A stretch of 64,000 bases of DNA from an uncultured delta proteobacterium (GTDB lineage: Bacteria; Myxococcota_A; Polyangia; Haliangiales; Haliangiaceae): the NCBI GenBank assembly GCA_963848295.1, contig CAWKDB010000002.1:352001-416000 (forward strand). The letters run 5' to 3'. Shown one piece after another: positions 50,704 to 64,000 of this stretch. Numbering within the stretch: the stretch's first letter is position 1; every line of letters begins with the position of its first letter. The notes under the pieces were generated by a model, which saw only the letters and a list, made by a program, of their open reading frames with translations, was not told where the DNA came from and searched no databases. Position numbers and translations under genes: made by a program.

Positions 50704-51995
50704 AGCGTCTGCCTCCCGGTGCCGATCATGTCGAGCAGCGCGCGTTTGAACGGCGCGGCGGCATCGAGCATGCCGATCACCGCCGCGGCGCCGACCCGTT
50801 GTCGCCACAGCATCACGCTCGACGCGGGCAACCGGATGCCGCCCGCCCCGAGCGCCGCCGCGGTCGACCGCGCGAGCTCGGCGGCGTAGGCGTCGTCCCA
50901 GCGGAAGTCGCCAGCCGAGGCGAGCGGCGCCGCGAGCGCGCGCTCCCAATCGCGATGAGCCGTCGTCGCCAGCGTGCGGGTCCGCGCGAGCAAGCCCGAC
51001 CGAGCGATGCCCATGCGAAAGCGCTCCGCCGCGCTCTCGGCATCGGAGTCGACCAAGGCCCACCACAGCTCTTTGTCGGCGTCGCGGGCGTCGTCGGTCA
51101 GCTCGACCGAGCAACCGAAATCCAGGGCCCACACGATCGCGTGGCCGTCGGCTTCGACGTCGATGAGGAAGTTCCCGGGGTTCGGATCGGCGTTGAATCG
51201 GCCGAACCGCAACGCGCTGCCCCACGCGAACCGATAGATCGCGAGCGCGGCCTGGCGCCGGAGCTCGACGTCACCGGTCGCCGCGACATCGGCAACCGTT
51301 CTGCCCTTCGCGCGCGTCATCGTCAGCACCCGCCCGGCGCTGCGATCCGCGACCACGGTCGGCACGCGCAGCACCGCATCGCCGGTCCACGCCTCGGCGA
51401 ACGCCGTCTGCGCCGCGGCTTCCGCACGGTAATCGAGCTCGCCGCGGACCGCGGCGCCGAGGGCCGCGAGCGCTTCGTCGTCGAGCGAGCGGCCGACGTC
51501 GGAGCCCGCGAGCTTGCGCACGAAACCGACGTCATCGAGGTCGGCGCGCAGCGCCTCGGCGACGCCCGGGTACTGGACCTTGACGACGACCGCGGTGCCA
51601 TCGCCGAGGGTCGCGGCATGGACCTGGCCGAGTGAAGCGGCCGCGATCGGCGTGGCATCCCAGCTCGCGAACAGCCGCTGCGGTGGAGCGCCGAGCTCTT
51701 GCTCGACGACGCGCGCGATCGCCGCGGCGGACTCCGCCGGCGCGCGATCCCAGAGCCCGCCGAGCGCCCGCCGCGCGACCGCGTTGCCCGGCGTGTACGC
51801 CGCGAGTTGCGCGACCTTCGCGAGGCCGCCCTTGAGCCGGCCCGCCTGCGCCGCGAGCGCGCGTGCCGCTTCTTCGTCGACCACGAGGTCATCGTCGTCG
51901 GACGGCGATGGATCGGTCGTGACGACTTGCTTCGCCCTCGCCCACCAGCGCGCCCAGCCGACCCGGCGCTCGGCCGCTCTGCGCTCGGCGGTCAA
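50697..51995 (-). CDS. ABC1/AarF/UbiB atypical kinase
   Basis: LKGGLAKVAQ, AAASLGQVH, VKVQYPG, ELDY..EA, ADPNPGN, LDFG; TTGA overlap with the DGC stop. Confidence 0.9.
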   Translation of the reverse strand: MTAERRAAERRVGWARWWARAKQVVTTDPSPSDDDDLVVDEEAARALAAQAGRLKGGLAKVAQLAAYTPGNAVARRALGGLWDRAPAESAAAIARVVEQELGAPPQRLFASWDATPIAAASLGQVHAATLGDGTAVVVKVQYPGVAEALRADLDDVGFVRKLAGSDVGRSLDDEALAALGAAVRGELDYRAEAAAQTAFAEAWTGDAVLRVPTVVADRSAGRVLTMTRAKGRTVADVAATGDVELRRQAALAIYRFAWGSALRFGRFNADPNPGNFLIDVEADGHAIVWALDFGCSVELTDDARDADKELWWALVDSDAESAAERFRMGIARSGLLARTRTLATTAHRDWERALAAPLASAGDFRWDDAYAAELARSTAAALGAGGIRLPASSVMLWRQRVGAAAVIGMLDAAAPFKRALLDMIGTGRQTLW

Positions 51996-53923
51996 GACGT
52001 CGTCACCTTCGGCAACTCGGACGGCCTGATCAGCGGCGCGCTCCCCGGATCGTTGGGATCGTCGGGACAATCGCCGACCGTGGTGAGCCTCGGCCCGGAG
52101 TCGTCGATCCAGAACAGCTCGACCCGGTTCTTGCCGGTCTTCTTCGCCCGGTACAGCGCGCGGTCGGCGTTGCGCACGAGATCCTCGCCGGTGCTCGCCT
52201 TGCTCTCGGGATAGGCCGCGATGCCGAGCGAGGCGGTCACGGTCAAGACTTTCGGCGGATCCTCGTCGGTGGTGAGCCGGAGCTCGGCGATCGCGCCGCG
52301 GATGCGCTCGGCGAGGTTGTACGCGGCGACCATCTCGGTGCGCGGCAGGATCACGGCGATCTCTTCCCCGCCGTAGCGAGCGGCGGTATCGACGCCGCGC
52401 ATCTGCCCTTTGACGACGTTCGAGATCGCGCGGAGCACGCGATCGCCGACGAGGTGGCCGAACGTGTCGTTCAGGTGTTTGAAGTCGTCGACGTCCATCA
52501 TGATGACCGAGAACGCCGTCCCGTAGCGCTTGCTGCGCTCGACCTCCTCTTCGATGCGCGCATCGAAGTAGCGCCGCACGAACAAGCTCGTCAGGCCGTC
52601 GACCATCGCGAGCTCGTAGAGGTGCGCGTTCTGTAACGCGCCGGCGATCTGCAGACCGAGCGACTCGAGCAGTCGTTCGTCGTCGACGCGAAACGCCGCC
52701 TTGCGCGTGCTCTGCACCGCGATCACGCCCTCGCACACGCCGTACATGAACAGCGGCACCCCGAGCCACGAGCGAATTCCGTGACCGCCGCGGCCACCGC
52801 CCGAGCCGTCTTCGTCCGCGAGATCGGCGATCCGCCGCAGCTTGCCGGACGTCATCACCGAGCCGGCGAGGCCTTGCCCGTCGGACATCGGGCGACGGAA
52901 GAACTTGTCACCGAGCCGGTCGTAGCCGTCGAAGACGAGCTCGGTGTCGCGCCCGGCGCGGCGATGCACGAGCGTCACCGCTTCGGCCTCGGGCACCGCC
53001 TTGCACGTCTCGCGCGCGACCGCCTCGACGAGCTCTTCGAGCTGGAGCGACGATGCGAGCCGGCGAGCGGTGGCGTTGAGGACCTCGAGCTCCTGGACGC
53101 GATCGTTGAGCTCCTCTCGAGCCCGGGTCAGCCGCGCGAACACGTAGTTGATCAACAAGTAGGTCAGCGACAGCAGCACGAAGCCGAGGTGCTCGTCGGG
53201 ATCGTAGAGCAGCACGAGCACGACGCCGATCGGCATGAGCGACGCTTCCGCCGCGATTCCGGGAACTGCGAGCTCCCTGATGTACGCGCGCCAACTCTGG
53301 CCGAGCAGCCTTTGCCTCACGCCTTGCAGGGCGTAGTGCGTCACGAGCAGCGAGCTCGCGATCGCGACGACATGCACCGTCGCTTCGATCGCGGTCGGCG
53401 TGGCGCCGATCGAATCAGCGCCCCAGACATGCCCCCAGATCGCGAGCAAGCCGCCGCTGATCCCGCCGAAGTACAACACGTAGCCGAGCTCGGCGACCCA
53501 CCCGTCGGGATCGACTCGGCCGCGCCGGCGCGCCACGATCAGCCGAACCAGCGCGTCGACGGTGAGCGCCGCAGCGACCAGTCGGCCGGCGTCGATCGAG
53601 CCGACGCACAGCGCGGCGGCCACGTAGTACGCCGAGTCGAGCGACAGGACGCTGCCTTCGCGCAAGCGGAACGCGAGCGCGCGCGCCGCCAGGATCACGA
53701 CTACGAACAACCCGATCGCGAGCGGGCTCGTCGGTGCCGCGGCGACTCCGACCGCCCGCGAACCAAGCACGACTCCCCAGCCGAGCGCGCCGAGCGCGAT
53801 CGTGTAGAGAAGCACCGCGCGATGTGTGCGCGGATGCGGTGTGATCGGCTCCGATTCGGTCGAGCGCCGATCGCGTGATCGCGACGCCACGCGCCTACTT
53901 ACCACGCTGAAAACGTCGCCCAA
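51992..53923 (-). CDS. Membrane-bound GAF-GGDEF diguanylate cyclase (start uncertain)
   Basis: About 7 N-terminal TMs, GAF (SWLGVPL), DVDDFK..ND..GH..GD, RGVD I-site, RYGGEE. Confidence 0.92.
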   Translation of the reverse strand: MGDVFSVVSRRVASRSRDRRSTESEPITPHPRTHRAVLLYTIALGALGWGVVLGSRAVGVAAAPTSPLAIGLFVVVILAARALAFRLREGSVLSLDSAYYVAAALCVGSIDAGRLVAAALTVDALVRLIVARRRGRVDPDGWVAELGYVLYFGGISGGLLAIWGHVWGADSIGATPTAIEATVHVVAIASSLLVTHYALQGVRQRLLGQSWRAYIRELAVPGIAAEASLMPIGVVLVLLYDPDEHLGFVLLSLTYLLINYVFARLTRAREELNDRVQELEVLNATARRLASSLQLEELVEAVARETCKAVPEAEAVTLVHRRAGRDTELVFDGYDRLGDKFFRRPMSDGQGLAGSVMTSGKLRRIADLADEDGSGGGRGGHGIRSWLGVPLFMYGVCEGVIAVQSTRKAAFRVDDERLLESLGLQIAGALQNAHLYELAMVDGLTSLFVRRYFDARIEEEVERSKRYGTAFSVIMMDVDDFKHLNDTFGHLVGDRVLRAISNVVKGQMRGVDTAARYGGEEIAVILPRTEMVAAYNLAERIRGAIAELRLTTDEDPPKVLTVTASLGIAAYPESKASTGEDLVRNADRALYRAKKTGKNRVELFWIDDSGPRLTTVGDCPDDPNDPGSAPLIRPSELPKVTTS

Positions 53924-53947
53924 AAAAGATCGATAATTCCGAAAGCG

Positions 53948-53982
53948 AAAAAGAGGCCCACCACCTCTGGTGGCGACCTCTT
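53948..53982 (-). terminator. Probable intrinsic terminator downstream of the small ORF
   Basis: AAGAGG..CCACCA cctc TGGTGG..CCTCTT stem followed by a T-run on the minus strand. Confidence 0.55.
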
Positions 53983-54027
53983 CTAGGTAGGTCGACGTGG
54001 GTTAGCGTGTGCTAACCCGCGCGGTTC

Positions 54028-54201
54028 TTAGATGTCGATGATCATGACTCCACGCTCGCCTTCTTCGCGTGGCGGCGTAACTGTCGGCTTCTCGTCGTCC
54101 CGGTAGCGCTCGACGGGCAGCTCGATCCGCCCGCCTTCCTGCTCGCGGCGCTGTTCCTCTTCACGTTTGAGGATTTCTTCGATAATCCAGGGATCCAACA
54201 T
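54028..54201 (-). CDS. 57-aa small charged protein (not in the ORF track)
   Basis: MLDPWIIEEILKREEEQRREQEGGRIELPVERYRDDEKPTVTPPREEGERGVMIIDI*; purine-rich AAAGGCGG upstream. Confidence 0.75.
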   Translation of the reverse strand: MLDPWIIEEILKREEEQRREQEGGRIELPVERYRDDEKPTVTPPREEGERGVMIIDI

Positions 54202-54272
54202 GGCGGACCGCCTTTCGCGGAGTCTGCTGTGACCTAACTAGGCGTGAACGCGTAGCTCCTGACCCTTTACGC

Positions 54273-54288
54273 TGCAACCTGCGGGCCT
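54273..54288 (-). promoter_or_regulatory. Candidate sigma54 promoter for the small ORF
   Basis: Minus strand AGGCCCGCAGGTTGCA = GG-N10-GC, 71 nt upstream of the ATG. Confidence 0.55.
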
Positions 54289-54578
54289 TTGGATGGCCGA
54301 TCCCGCAGTTCTATTCTAACGCATGATAATCACCGACGCTCGAATTCCCGACGAGGAAATTGTCATGACAAGAGATCGACCGGTTCGCGCCAATGTTGGG
54401 CCTCCGAACCCCACTAACGCGGCAAGCCGTCACGGTTTCGTGAGCCCGCACAGCGAGTTGACGCGATCGCGCGGCATCTGACCTTTTTGCGGAGCACGGT
54501 GACGCAAAGCGCGCTCGCCAGTCGGGCAGGTGTGCAGTTCCCCACACCGTGGCTGACCGCCTAGCCAGTAGCCGGCCG

Positions 54579-55223
54579 CTAGTCGAGCTTCTTGAGCTTC
54601 CACTGTCCGTCTTGGCGGACGAACTCGACTTCGTACTTGTCGCCGTAGCCCAGTCGCGCGTCGTTGCCGTGCTCGATGATCGGCTCGTCGATGTTGGTCT
54701 CGAGCGAGCTCATCAGCGCTTCGATCTGGGGCTTACTCGGCCCGGTGAACTGCGCCTTGAGCTTCGCGGTGTCCATCTTCTCGCGATACTCGTTCGGCAC
54801 GAACCGCAGCATGACGTCCCAGCGCTCGAGCCGATACGCGCGCAGGAACGACACCAGCGCGGCCTTCGGGGTCGACTGGTCGTAGAACGCGAGCGGGTTC
54901 GTCGCGATCCGCCAGCGCCCGCCCTCCTCGACGAGCTCTAGCTTGTCGCCAAGGCCGTACTCGAGCTCGGCCGAGACGTCCATCGAGCCGTGTCGACCGC
55001 GCAACCGATCGGCGGTCTCGTCGACTTCGCGCGGGTTCTCTTTCATCATCCGCACGTAGTCTTCGCGCGACACCTTGCCACGAAAATTCGACGACATCAG
55101 ATCGTACGCCGCGCCGTAGTCGTGACCGCGCAGCTTGCCGCTGTACTGGTCGAGCGTCTGCCCCGGCCCCGGGCCGTGCGAGCACCCCGCCGCGATCATC
55201 AAAACCAGGAGCGCGTTTCGCAT
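54579..55223 (-). CDS. Lipoprotein with two NTF2-like repeats
   Basis: Lipobox AAGC; P..TL..Y......AY.L and LV.E.G.W.I pattern occurs twice. Confidence 0.75.
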   Translation of the reverse strand: MRNALLVLMIAAGCSHGPGPGQTLDQYSGKLRGHDYGAAYDLMSSNFRGKVSREDYVRMMKENPREVDETADRLRGRHGSMDVSAELEYGLGDKLELVEEGGRWRIATNPLAFYDQSTPKAALVSFLRAYRLERWDVMLRFVPNEYREKMDTAKLKAQFTGPSKPQIEALMSSLETNIDEPIIEHGNDARLGYGDKYEVEFVRQDGQWKLKKLD

Positions 55224-55232
55224 CCAGCCTCG

Positions 55233-56504
55233 TTATAGCGAAGCCGGCGCAGGCTCGCCAGCCTTTGCCCGCGCATGGTCGGCGGCAAACGTCCGCGTCG
55301 CCCTCGCCATGAACACGACGGCGAAACCGAGCGCGCCGGTCGGCACCCAGATCGCGGTGTGCGGGGAATAGGCCTCGGACACCGCACCGGTGATCCACGA
55401 CGATGGCGCCGTGCCGATGATGTGCATCGTGAAGATCACGAGGCCCTGGGCAGCGACGACGCGCGACGGCGGTGCGAGATCATCGACCGTCACGGCCATC
55501 GGCGCGTGGTACCAGAAGCTGAAGAAGAACGTCGCGATGCCGGCGATGTAGAGTGCCGGGCCGGGTGCCAGCTCGATGCACAAGATCCCCGAGGGGATCG
55601 TCAGGGCCATGCCGAGCGTCATCGTCCACAGCCGGCCGGCGATGTTGCGCCGGCGCATGGCGTCGGCGATCCGAGCGCCCGCGACGACACCGGCGAATGC
55701 GCCGGTCAGGCCGATCGTGACCAGGTTCGTCGCCGCTGCTTTCGACATCAACTTGTCTTTCTCGAGAAAGTCGATCAGCCATGCGTTGAACCCGCCGGCC
55801 GCAAACGCCATCGCGATCGTCGACAAGATGATCCAGCGCAGCGTGGGGATCGCGAGCAACTCGCGCGCCTCGGCGATGAACGCACGACCGACCGACGTGA
55901 AGTAGCCCGACGCTCCGGCCGGCGCGTCCTGCGTCTGGTGACCGGGATGCGGTGGCACCGGGAGCGCGAGCACCGCGACCGCGAGCGCGAGCCCGGGCAC
56001 CCCCATCGCGACGACGACGAGCGGGAACCCGAGCGCACCACCGACGACGAAGCCCGCGGCGCCGCCGAACAACAGGCCGAGGTTGAAGATCGCCATCCGG
56101 CTCGCCTTGACCGGGCCGTCGAACATCTGGCCGAGGATCGAGTTCGCGACCGGCACGACCGCGGCGGTCCCGAGGCCGACGAACACGCGACTGATCACGA
56201 GCTCCGGCACGGTCGTCGCAAAAGCGCCGGCGATTCCCGCGAGGCTCGCGATCGCCATGCCGACCGCGATCACGCGCCGCCGATCGTAGCGGTCGCCGGC
56301 CCAGCCGAACGGCAGCGTCGCGAGCGCGTGCGGGATCAGGAACGCGGTGGTCAGTAGGCCGAGCTTCGCGTCGTGCAGGCCGAACTTCGCGCGCAGATCG
56401 TCGTAGAGGTTGAACAGCGAGTTGCGCGCGGCGTACGCGGCGAGGTTGGTCAGCGCCAGCACGGCGAGCACGGTCCCGGCTGCGCCGCGCCGCGGTTGGC
56501 TCAT
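55233..56504 (-). CDS. MFS transporter (spinster-like)
   Basis: About 12 TMs; GWAGDRYDRRRV motif A; F.L.D..LGLL.TAF; RVFVGLG. Confidence 0.88.
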   Translation of the reverse strand: MSQPRRGAAGTVLAVLALTNLAAYAARNSLFNLYDDLRAKFGLHDAKLGLLTTAFLIPHALATLPFGWAGDRYDRRRVIAVGMAIASLAGIAGAFATTVPELVISRVFVGLGTAAVVPVANSILGQMFDGPVKASRMAIFNLGLLFGGAAGFVVGGALGFPLVVVAMGVPGLALAVAVLALPVPPHPGHQTQDAPAGASGYFTSVGRAFIAEARELLAIPTLRWIILSTIAMAFAAGGFNAWLIDFLEKDKLMSKAAATNLVTIGLTGAFAGVVAGARIADAMRRRNIAGRLWTMTLGMALTIPSGILCIELAPGPALYIAGIATFFFSFWYHAPMAVTVDDLAPPSRVVAAQGLVIFTMHIIGTAPSSWITGAVSEAYSPHTAIWVPTGALGFAVVFMARATRTFAADHARAKAGEPAPASL

Positions 56505-57793
56505 GGCTCGCCGGTGTCGTGCACGACGACGTCGTAGGCACCCTCGGCAGTCGACGATTCCGCCCCGCGCACCCGCACGACCGCCTGCGCACCCGCCGGC
56601 ACCGTACCGGCGACGCGCTCGGCCGCGCCTTTGCCGGAGTGATCGGCCTTCGCGATCGATTTGCCGTCGACGAAGAGCTCGGCCGAGAGGTCGACGTCGG
56701 CTGGCGTGTCGACCGTCACCTCGATCGTGCGCTCGACCGTGCCTTTCGCGATCGCGAAGCAGTCGACGTCACCCGGCGTGAACGTCGCGTGGACGATCGT
56801 GCGATCCGCGGGAATCGCGTACGGCTTGTCGATCGTGTCGTCGGGCTCGACCTCCGCATCGGTGCCGACGACGTGCCCGGTGACCTTCAACTGATACGCC
56901 GTCTCCGGGTTCGAGCGATCTGCTTTCACCGTGATGTATTGATAGGGAGCACCGCCGGCCGCGACGACCGGCACCAGACCGCGCACGATCACCGGCTGAC
57001 CGCGCGGCGCCTTGCGGTCGACGAGCGGAGTGCCGATCGCGTCGGTGATGATCAACTCGAGCGCGGAGCCTTCGACCGCCGAGACCTCGACATCGATCGC
57101 GTTATTTGCAGACAGCGCCTCGACCGACAGCTTCCACACGTCGACATCGCCGGTCCATCCGATAAATGCGGTGACGACATCGCCGACCAGCAAGTCGTTT
57201 GCGGCGCCGCGATCATCATCGGGCTCGCGCTCGGCGCCAGCCGCGGGCTGCGCGAGCTGGAGCGAGAGCTCGTAGACCGGCGCGGGCTTGTCCGCCGCGC
57301 TCCCGGCGTCGCCCTTCTTCGGCTTGCCGGCCCGCTTGTGGGCGATCGCATAGACCACCGCGGTGTAGCGACCCGGAGTCACCGCGAAGTTCGGAATGCC
57401 CTCGCGCACGCGCACGCCACCGCGATCCGACTTCGCGACGACCGTGCCGTTCGCATCCTCGAGCGCGACCGCGAGGTCTTGGCCCTCGACCGCCGACAAT
57501 GCGAGCGCAAGGACGCCCGCCCGCTCGATATCGATCCGATAGTGGTCGACATCGGTGTCGGGGTCGATCGTACCGCGCGCCGTGGCGCCGAGCGGCAAAG
57601 GTGTCGCGACGTCATCGCCGTCGTTCGGCTCGTGCTCCTCGATCACCTGGCCCGCCTTGCCGCCGCCGGCGTCCGGCAACTGGACCTGGGTGACGACCTC
57701 GACCGGCGCCGCACTGCCGTTACGATGCGGCGCGCCCTTGCTGCCGCCACCACCGCACGCGGCGATCAGCGCGAGAGCGGCGAGCGTGCGCAC
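56501..57793 (-). CDS. Lipoprotein with three PPC-like domains
   Basis: Lipobox IAAC; three E.EP[ND]D...D.D.[YWF] repeats. Confidence 0.8.
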   Translation of the reverse strand: MRTLAALALIAACGGGGSKGAPHRNGSAAPVEVVTQVQLPDAGGGKAGQVIEEHEPNDGDDVATPLPLGATARGTIDPDTDVDHYRIDIERAGVLALALSAVEGQDLAVALEDANGTVVAKSDRGGVRVREGIPNFAVTPGRYTAVVYAIAHKRAGKPKKGDAGSAADKPAPVYELSLQLAQPAAGAEREPDDDRGAANDLLVGDVVTAFIGWTGDVDVWKLSVEALSANNAIDVEVSAVEGSALELIITDAIGTPLVDRKAPRGQPVIVRGLVPVVAAGGAPYQYITVKADRSNPETAYQLKVTGHVVGTDAEVEPDDTIDKPYAIPADRTIVHATFTPGDVDCFAIAKGTVERTIEVTVDTPADVDLSAELFVDGKSIAKADHSGKGAAERVAGTVPAGAQAVVRVRGAESSTAEGAYDVVVHDTGEP

Positions 57794-58242
57794 TACGTCA
57801 CCTTGGAACGATCGGCGAGCCCAGCCAGGAATTCCGCTTGCGACACTACGTTGCCGTCGACGGTGATGATGCCTTTCATCTTGAAGATCTTGCCTTTGCG
57901 CAGCGGCACGACCTCGATCCGCAGCTGATCTCCAGGCGTCACGGCCTTGCGAAACTTCACCTGGTCGATCGCCATGAACAGCATGACCTGGGTCGCGGCG
58001 TCGAACGCGACCGACTTGCTCGCCAGGATGCCGCCCGCTTGCGCCATCGCCTCGATCTGGAGCACGCCCGGCATCACCGGCGCTCCGGGGAAGTGGCCCT
58101 GGAAGTACGGCTCGTTGAACGTGACGTTCTTGAGCGCGACCACCTTGTCCTCGCTGACCTCGAGCACGCGATCGATCAGCAGAAACGGATAGCGATGCGG
58201 CAGTAGGCCGAGGATCTGCTCGGCCTTTAGGGCTGGCTCCAT
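57793..58242 (-). CDS. fabZ: 3-hydroxyacyl-ACP dehydratase
   Basis: [34 protein letters not shown]. Confidence 0.96.
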   Translation of the reverse strand: MEPALKAEQILGLLPHRYPFLLIDRVLEVSEDKVVALKNVTFNEPYFQGHFPGAPVMPGVLQIEAMAQAGGILASKSVAFDAATQVMLFMAIDQVKFRKAVTPGDQLRIEVVPLRKGKIFKMKGIITVDGNVVSQAEFLAGLADRSKVT

Positions 58243-58338
58243 CGAGCCAGTTGTATCACCGCAGTGCCGCGCTGCGCGCGACCTGCGGTGCAAGCCCACC
58301 CTCCACCTGCCGCCGCCGCTCGCTTCGCTCGCTGAACC

Positions 58339-58860
58339 TCATCTCATCTCGGCGTTGAGCTTCGGCGTGAGGTCGAGAGCGGCATCGGCGTAGAGCAGGC
58401 CGGCGCGGTCGAGGATCACGCTGACGCCTTCGGCCTTCGCGAGCGCTTCGATCTTCGGGCTCGCGGTCTTCAACAGTCCCTCGGTCAGCTTCGCCCGTTC
58501 GTCTGCGAGGTCGCGCTCGAGCTTCATGTAGGTCTGCTGCAGCGCGACGAACTGCTTCTGGAGCTCCTCTTTCTTCGCCTGCAGCACGTCGGGCTTTAGC
58601 ACTGCGGCCTGCTTCTGCAGATCGGCGTCAGCCTTCTTGAGCTGGTCCTGCTCCCGGTCGAGCTCGTCCTGCTTGCCCTTGCGCGTCTTCTCGAACGCAT
58701 CGCTGGCGCGCTTGCCCGCGGGGGTGTCGCGCAGCGTGCTGTCGAAGTCGATCACGCCGATTTTCGGGTTCGACGGAACCGCGCTGCCCGCGAGACCGCT
58801 GAGCACCGGGCTCACCATCAAGCCGAGACCGAGACACGCTAATGCCGAGTACCGATTCAT
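58339..58860 (-). CDS. skp: Periplasmic chaperone Skp/OmpH
   Basis: Signal, KIGVID, coiled coil, LYAD..LDLT; follows bamA. Confidence 0.9.
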   Translation of the reverse strand: MNRYSALACLGLGLMVSPVLSGLAGSAVPSNPKIGVIDFDSTLRDTPAGKRASDAFEKTRKGKQDELDREQDQLKKADADLQKQAAVLKPDVLQAKKEELQKQFVALQQTYMKLERDLADERAKLTEGLLKTASPKIEALAKAEGVSVILDRAGLLYADAALDLTPKLNAEMR

Positions 58861-58918
58861 GGGCCACCTCATACAGCGACTTCGACGTCGGAGCAAACCC
58901 GTTTCTTCATCGATAGAC

Positions 58919-61521
<2,603 letters not shown>

Positions 61522-61525
<4 letters not shown>

Positions 61526-62343
61526 GAATGGACCTCGTCCCCCACCGGCGCGGCGTTGGCTTCGGTCACGACCGGACCGCGATGCGGCGAGACCTGCTCC
61601 TCCATCAGCCGGCCACCGTCGACCATGCGCAGGCGCCGCGGCATGAGCTCGGCGAGCGCCGGATTGTGGGTCACGATCAGCAGCGTCGAGCCGCGCTCCT
61701 GATTGAGCTCGACGAACAAGTGGTGGATCGCCTCGCCGGTTGCGCGATCGAGATTCCCGGTCGGCTCGTCGGCGAGCAACAGCGACGGCTGGAGCACCAT
61801 CGCGCGAGCGAGCGCGACGCGTTGTTGCTCGCCTCCGGACAGCTCGCCCGGCCGGTGCGTCAAGCGATGGCTGAGCCCGACGCGATGCAGGATGTCCTCG
61901 GCGAGCTTGCGCGCCGCCGGCACCGCGATGCGCTGGATCAGCGCCGGCATCATCACGTTCTCGACCGCGGTGAACTCCGGCAGCAGGTGATGGAACTGGA
62001 AGACGAAGCCGATCCGGCGATTGCGGAACTCGGCGAGCTTGGTCGGCGAGAACGTCGTCAGCTCCTCGCCGTCGAACTTGATCGAGCCCGAGGTCGGCAG
62101 GTCGAGCGTGCCGAGGAGCTGGAGCAGCGTCGACTTACCGACCCCCGAGGCACCGACCACGGCAACCATATCGCCGGCGTCGAGCACGAGATCGACATCG
62201 GTCAAGACGTGCAGCGACTGCCCGCTGTGCGAGTACGCCTTGCCCAGCCCTTTGACCTCGAGGCGCGCGCCGCGCTTGGGGCCAGCCGCAGGACGCGGGG
62301 CCGCGGCATTCTGGTCCGGCTCGGCGGCTGGCTCGTCTGTCAC
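61522..62343 (-). CDS. lolD: Lipoprotein-releasing ABC ATPase LolD
   Basis: [40 protein letters not shown]; coupled to bamA. Confidence 0.92.
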
Positions 62344-62488
62344 TGGAAACCCTAAAAGGCGCGAGAACTTACTTCCGTGTTCGCGCACCTGTCAACGCGG
62401 GTTGAGACCGAGCAGCAGGCTCCGTGGTTGCCTGACGATCCCGCGATCGCATCGAGACGGGCACCCGTGAGCTGGCACTCTCCGGCAG

Positions 62489-63034
62489 CTACAGCGAGAG
62501 CGTGACGCCGAGCGTCCACAACCCGGAGCTCTGGTCGACCGGCTTGGGGGCCTGCGAGCTCGACATCCCCGCATCGAGCCGCTGGTAGTCGGCGAACACC
62601 GAGGCGCCGCCGATCGGCGTGTGGAACCGGTACTCGAAACCCGCGCCGAGCAGATAGCCGGAGCCGTCGAAGGTGTTGTACTTCGAATCAGTCGTCAGCC
62701 AGGTGTGTTGGAGGCCGAGGCGAACGAAAGCCTCGAAGCCACTCCCGAGGGGCAGGCTGCCTTTCGCGACCGCGGCCAGCGAGGTCGCCTCGTACGGCGC
62801 GGTCTGGTTATTGACCTCGCCGAACCGGGTGACCGCGCCCTCGAGCGACAGATACTTGATCAGGCGATACCCGCCGAACAGCCGGTAGCTGCGGCCGTCG
62901 TCGTGGAACTTTCCGAGCGTGCCATCGCCGTTCAGATCTGCGCTGCTGCCGACGCCCAACCCCAAATACGGCGCGGCCGAAGCGGCCGTTGTCGACGCGG
63001 CGAGCACGACAGCGACCACGAACGTGCGGTTCAT
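62489..63034 (-). CDS. Small 8-strand outer-membrane beta-barrel (OmpA-TM-like)
   Basis: Signal peptide; FGGYR...LSLEG, GAGFEYRF, terminal LGVTLSL. Confidence 0.8.
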   Translation of the reverse strand: MNRTFVVAVVLAASTTAASAAPYLGLGVGSSADLNGDGTLGKFHDDGRSYRLFGGYRLIKYLSLEGAVTRFGEVNNQTAPYEATSLAAVAKGSLPLGSGFEAFVRLGLQHTWLTTDSKYNTFDGSGYLLGAGFEYRFHTPIGGASVFADYQRLDAGMSSSQAPKPVDQSSGLWTLGVTLSL

Positions 63035-63132
63035 GACCGCACGCAATTCACGCAGCGTGCCAGCCGCCAACGGTGCGAGATGGTACGACTCGTCGATACC
63101 CATCGTAGCCAGGTGGTCACACCACGCGGGCT

Positions 63133-63999
<867 letters not shown>

Positions 64000-64000
64000 C

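Noticed and set aside
54311..54547. 78-aa minus-strand ORF upstream of the small protein
   Set aside because: Atypical codons and no motif; more likely regulatory DNA
58243..58338. Possible lpxD remnant or ncRNA between skp and fabZ
   Set aside because: Under 100 bp; no hexapeptide-repeat trace or recognisable RNA structure

Overview
High-GC, gene-dense bacterial chromosomal segment with about 58 CDS. I found no rRNA, tRNA, CRISPR array or transposase. The gene content (Agl/Glt/Nfs-type motility machinery, FHA-sigma54 activator, Ser/Thr kinase, Cys-rich lipoproteins) points to Myxococcota, possibly a Haliangiales/Kofleriaceae-like lineage (inference). Main blocks: pdhBC-lpdA-(phosphoesterase)-lipA; a minus-strand run TPR/DHH-like/nitrilase-like/cysE/kinase divergent from PBP1A; an aglRQS-like TolQ/ExbD/ExbD motor; rlmI; a frameshift-riddled phoH/GAF-HD-GYP/ybeY block; mazG-rpsT; an HNH nuclease with a RuvA-C-like tail; a 10-gene, 12 kb Glt/Nfs-like trans-envelope operon with two extra genes; DGC-ABC1 kinase-paired secreted paralogs; an unannotated 57-aa ORF with a sigma54-like promoter; and a lolC/E-lolD-bamA-skp-fabZ operon that lacks lpxD and lpxA. 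The most striking window-wide signal is a TANNNT hexamer 6-8 nt upstream of at least 14 start codons, suggesting pervasive leaderless transcription. All calls come from reading motifs by eye; no database searches were run.
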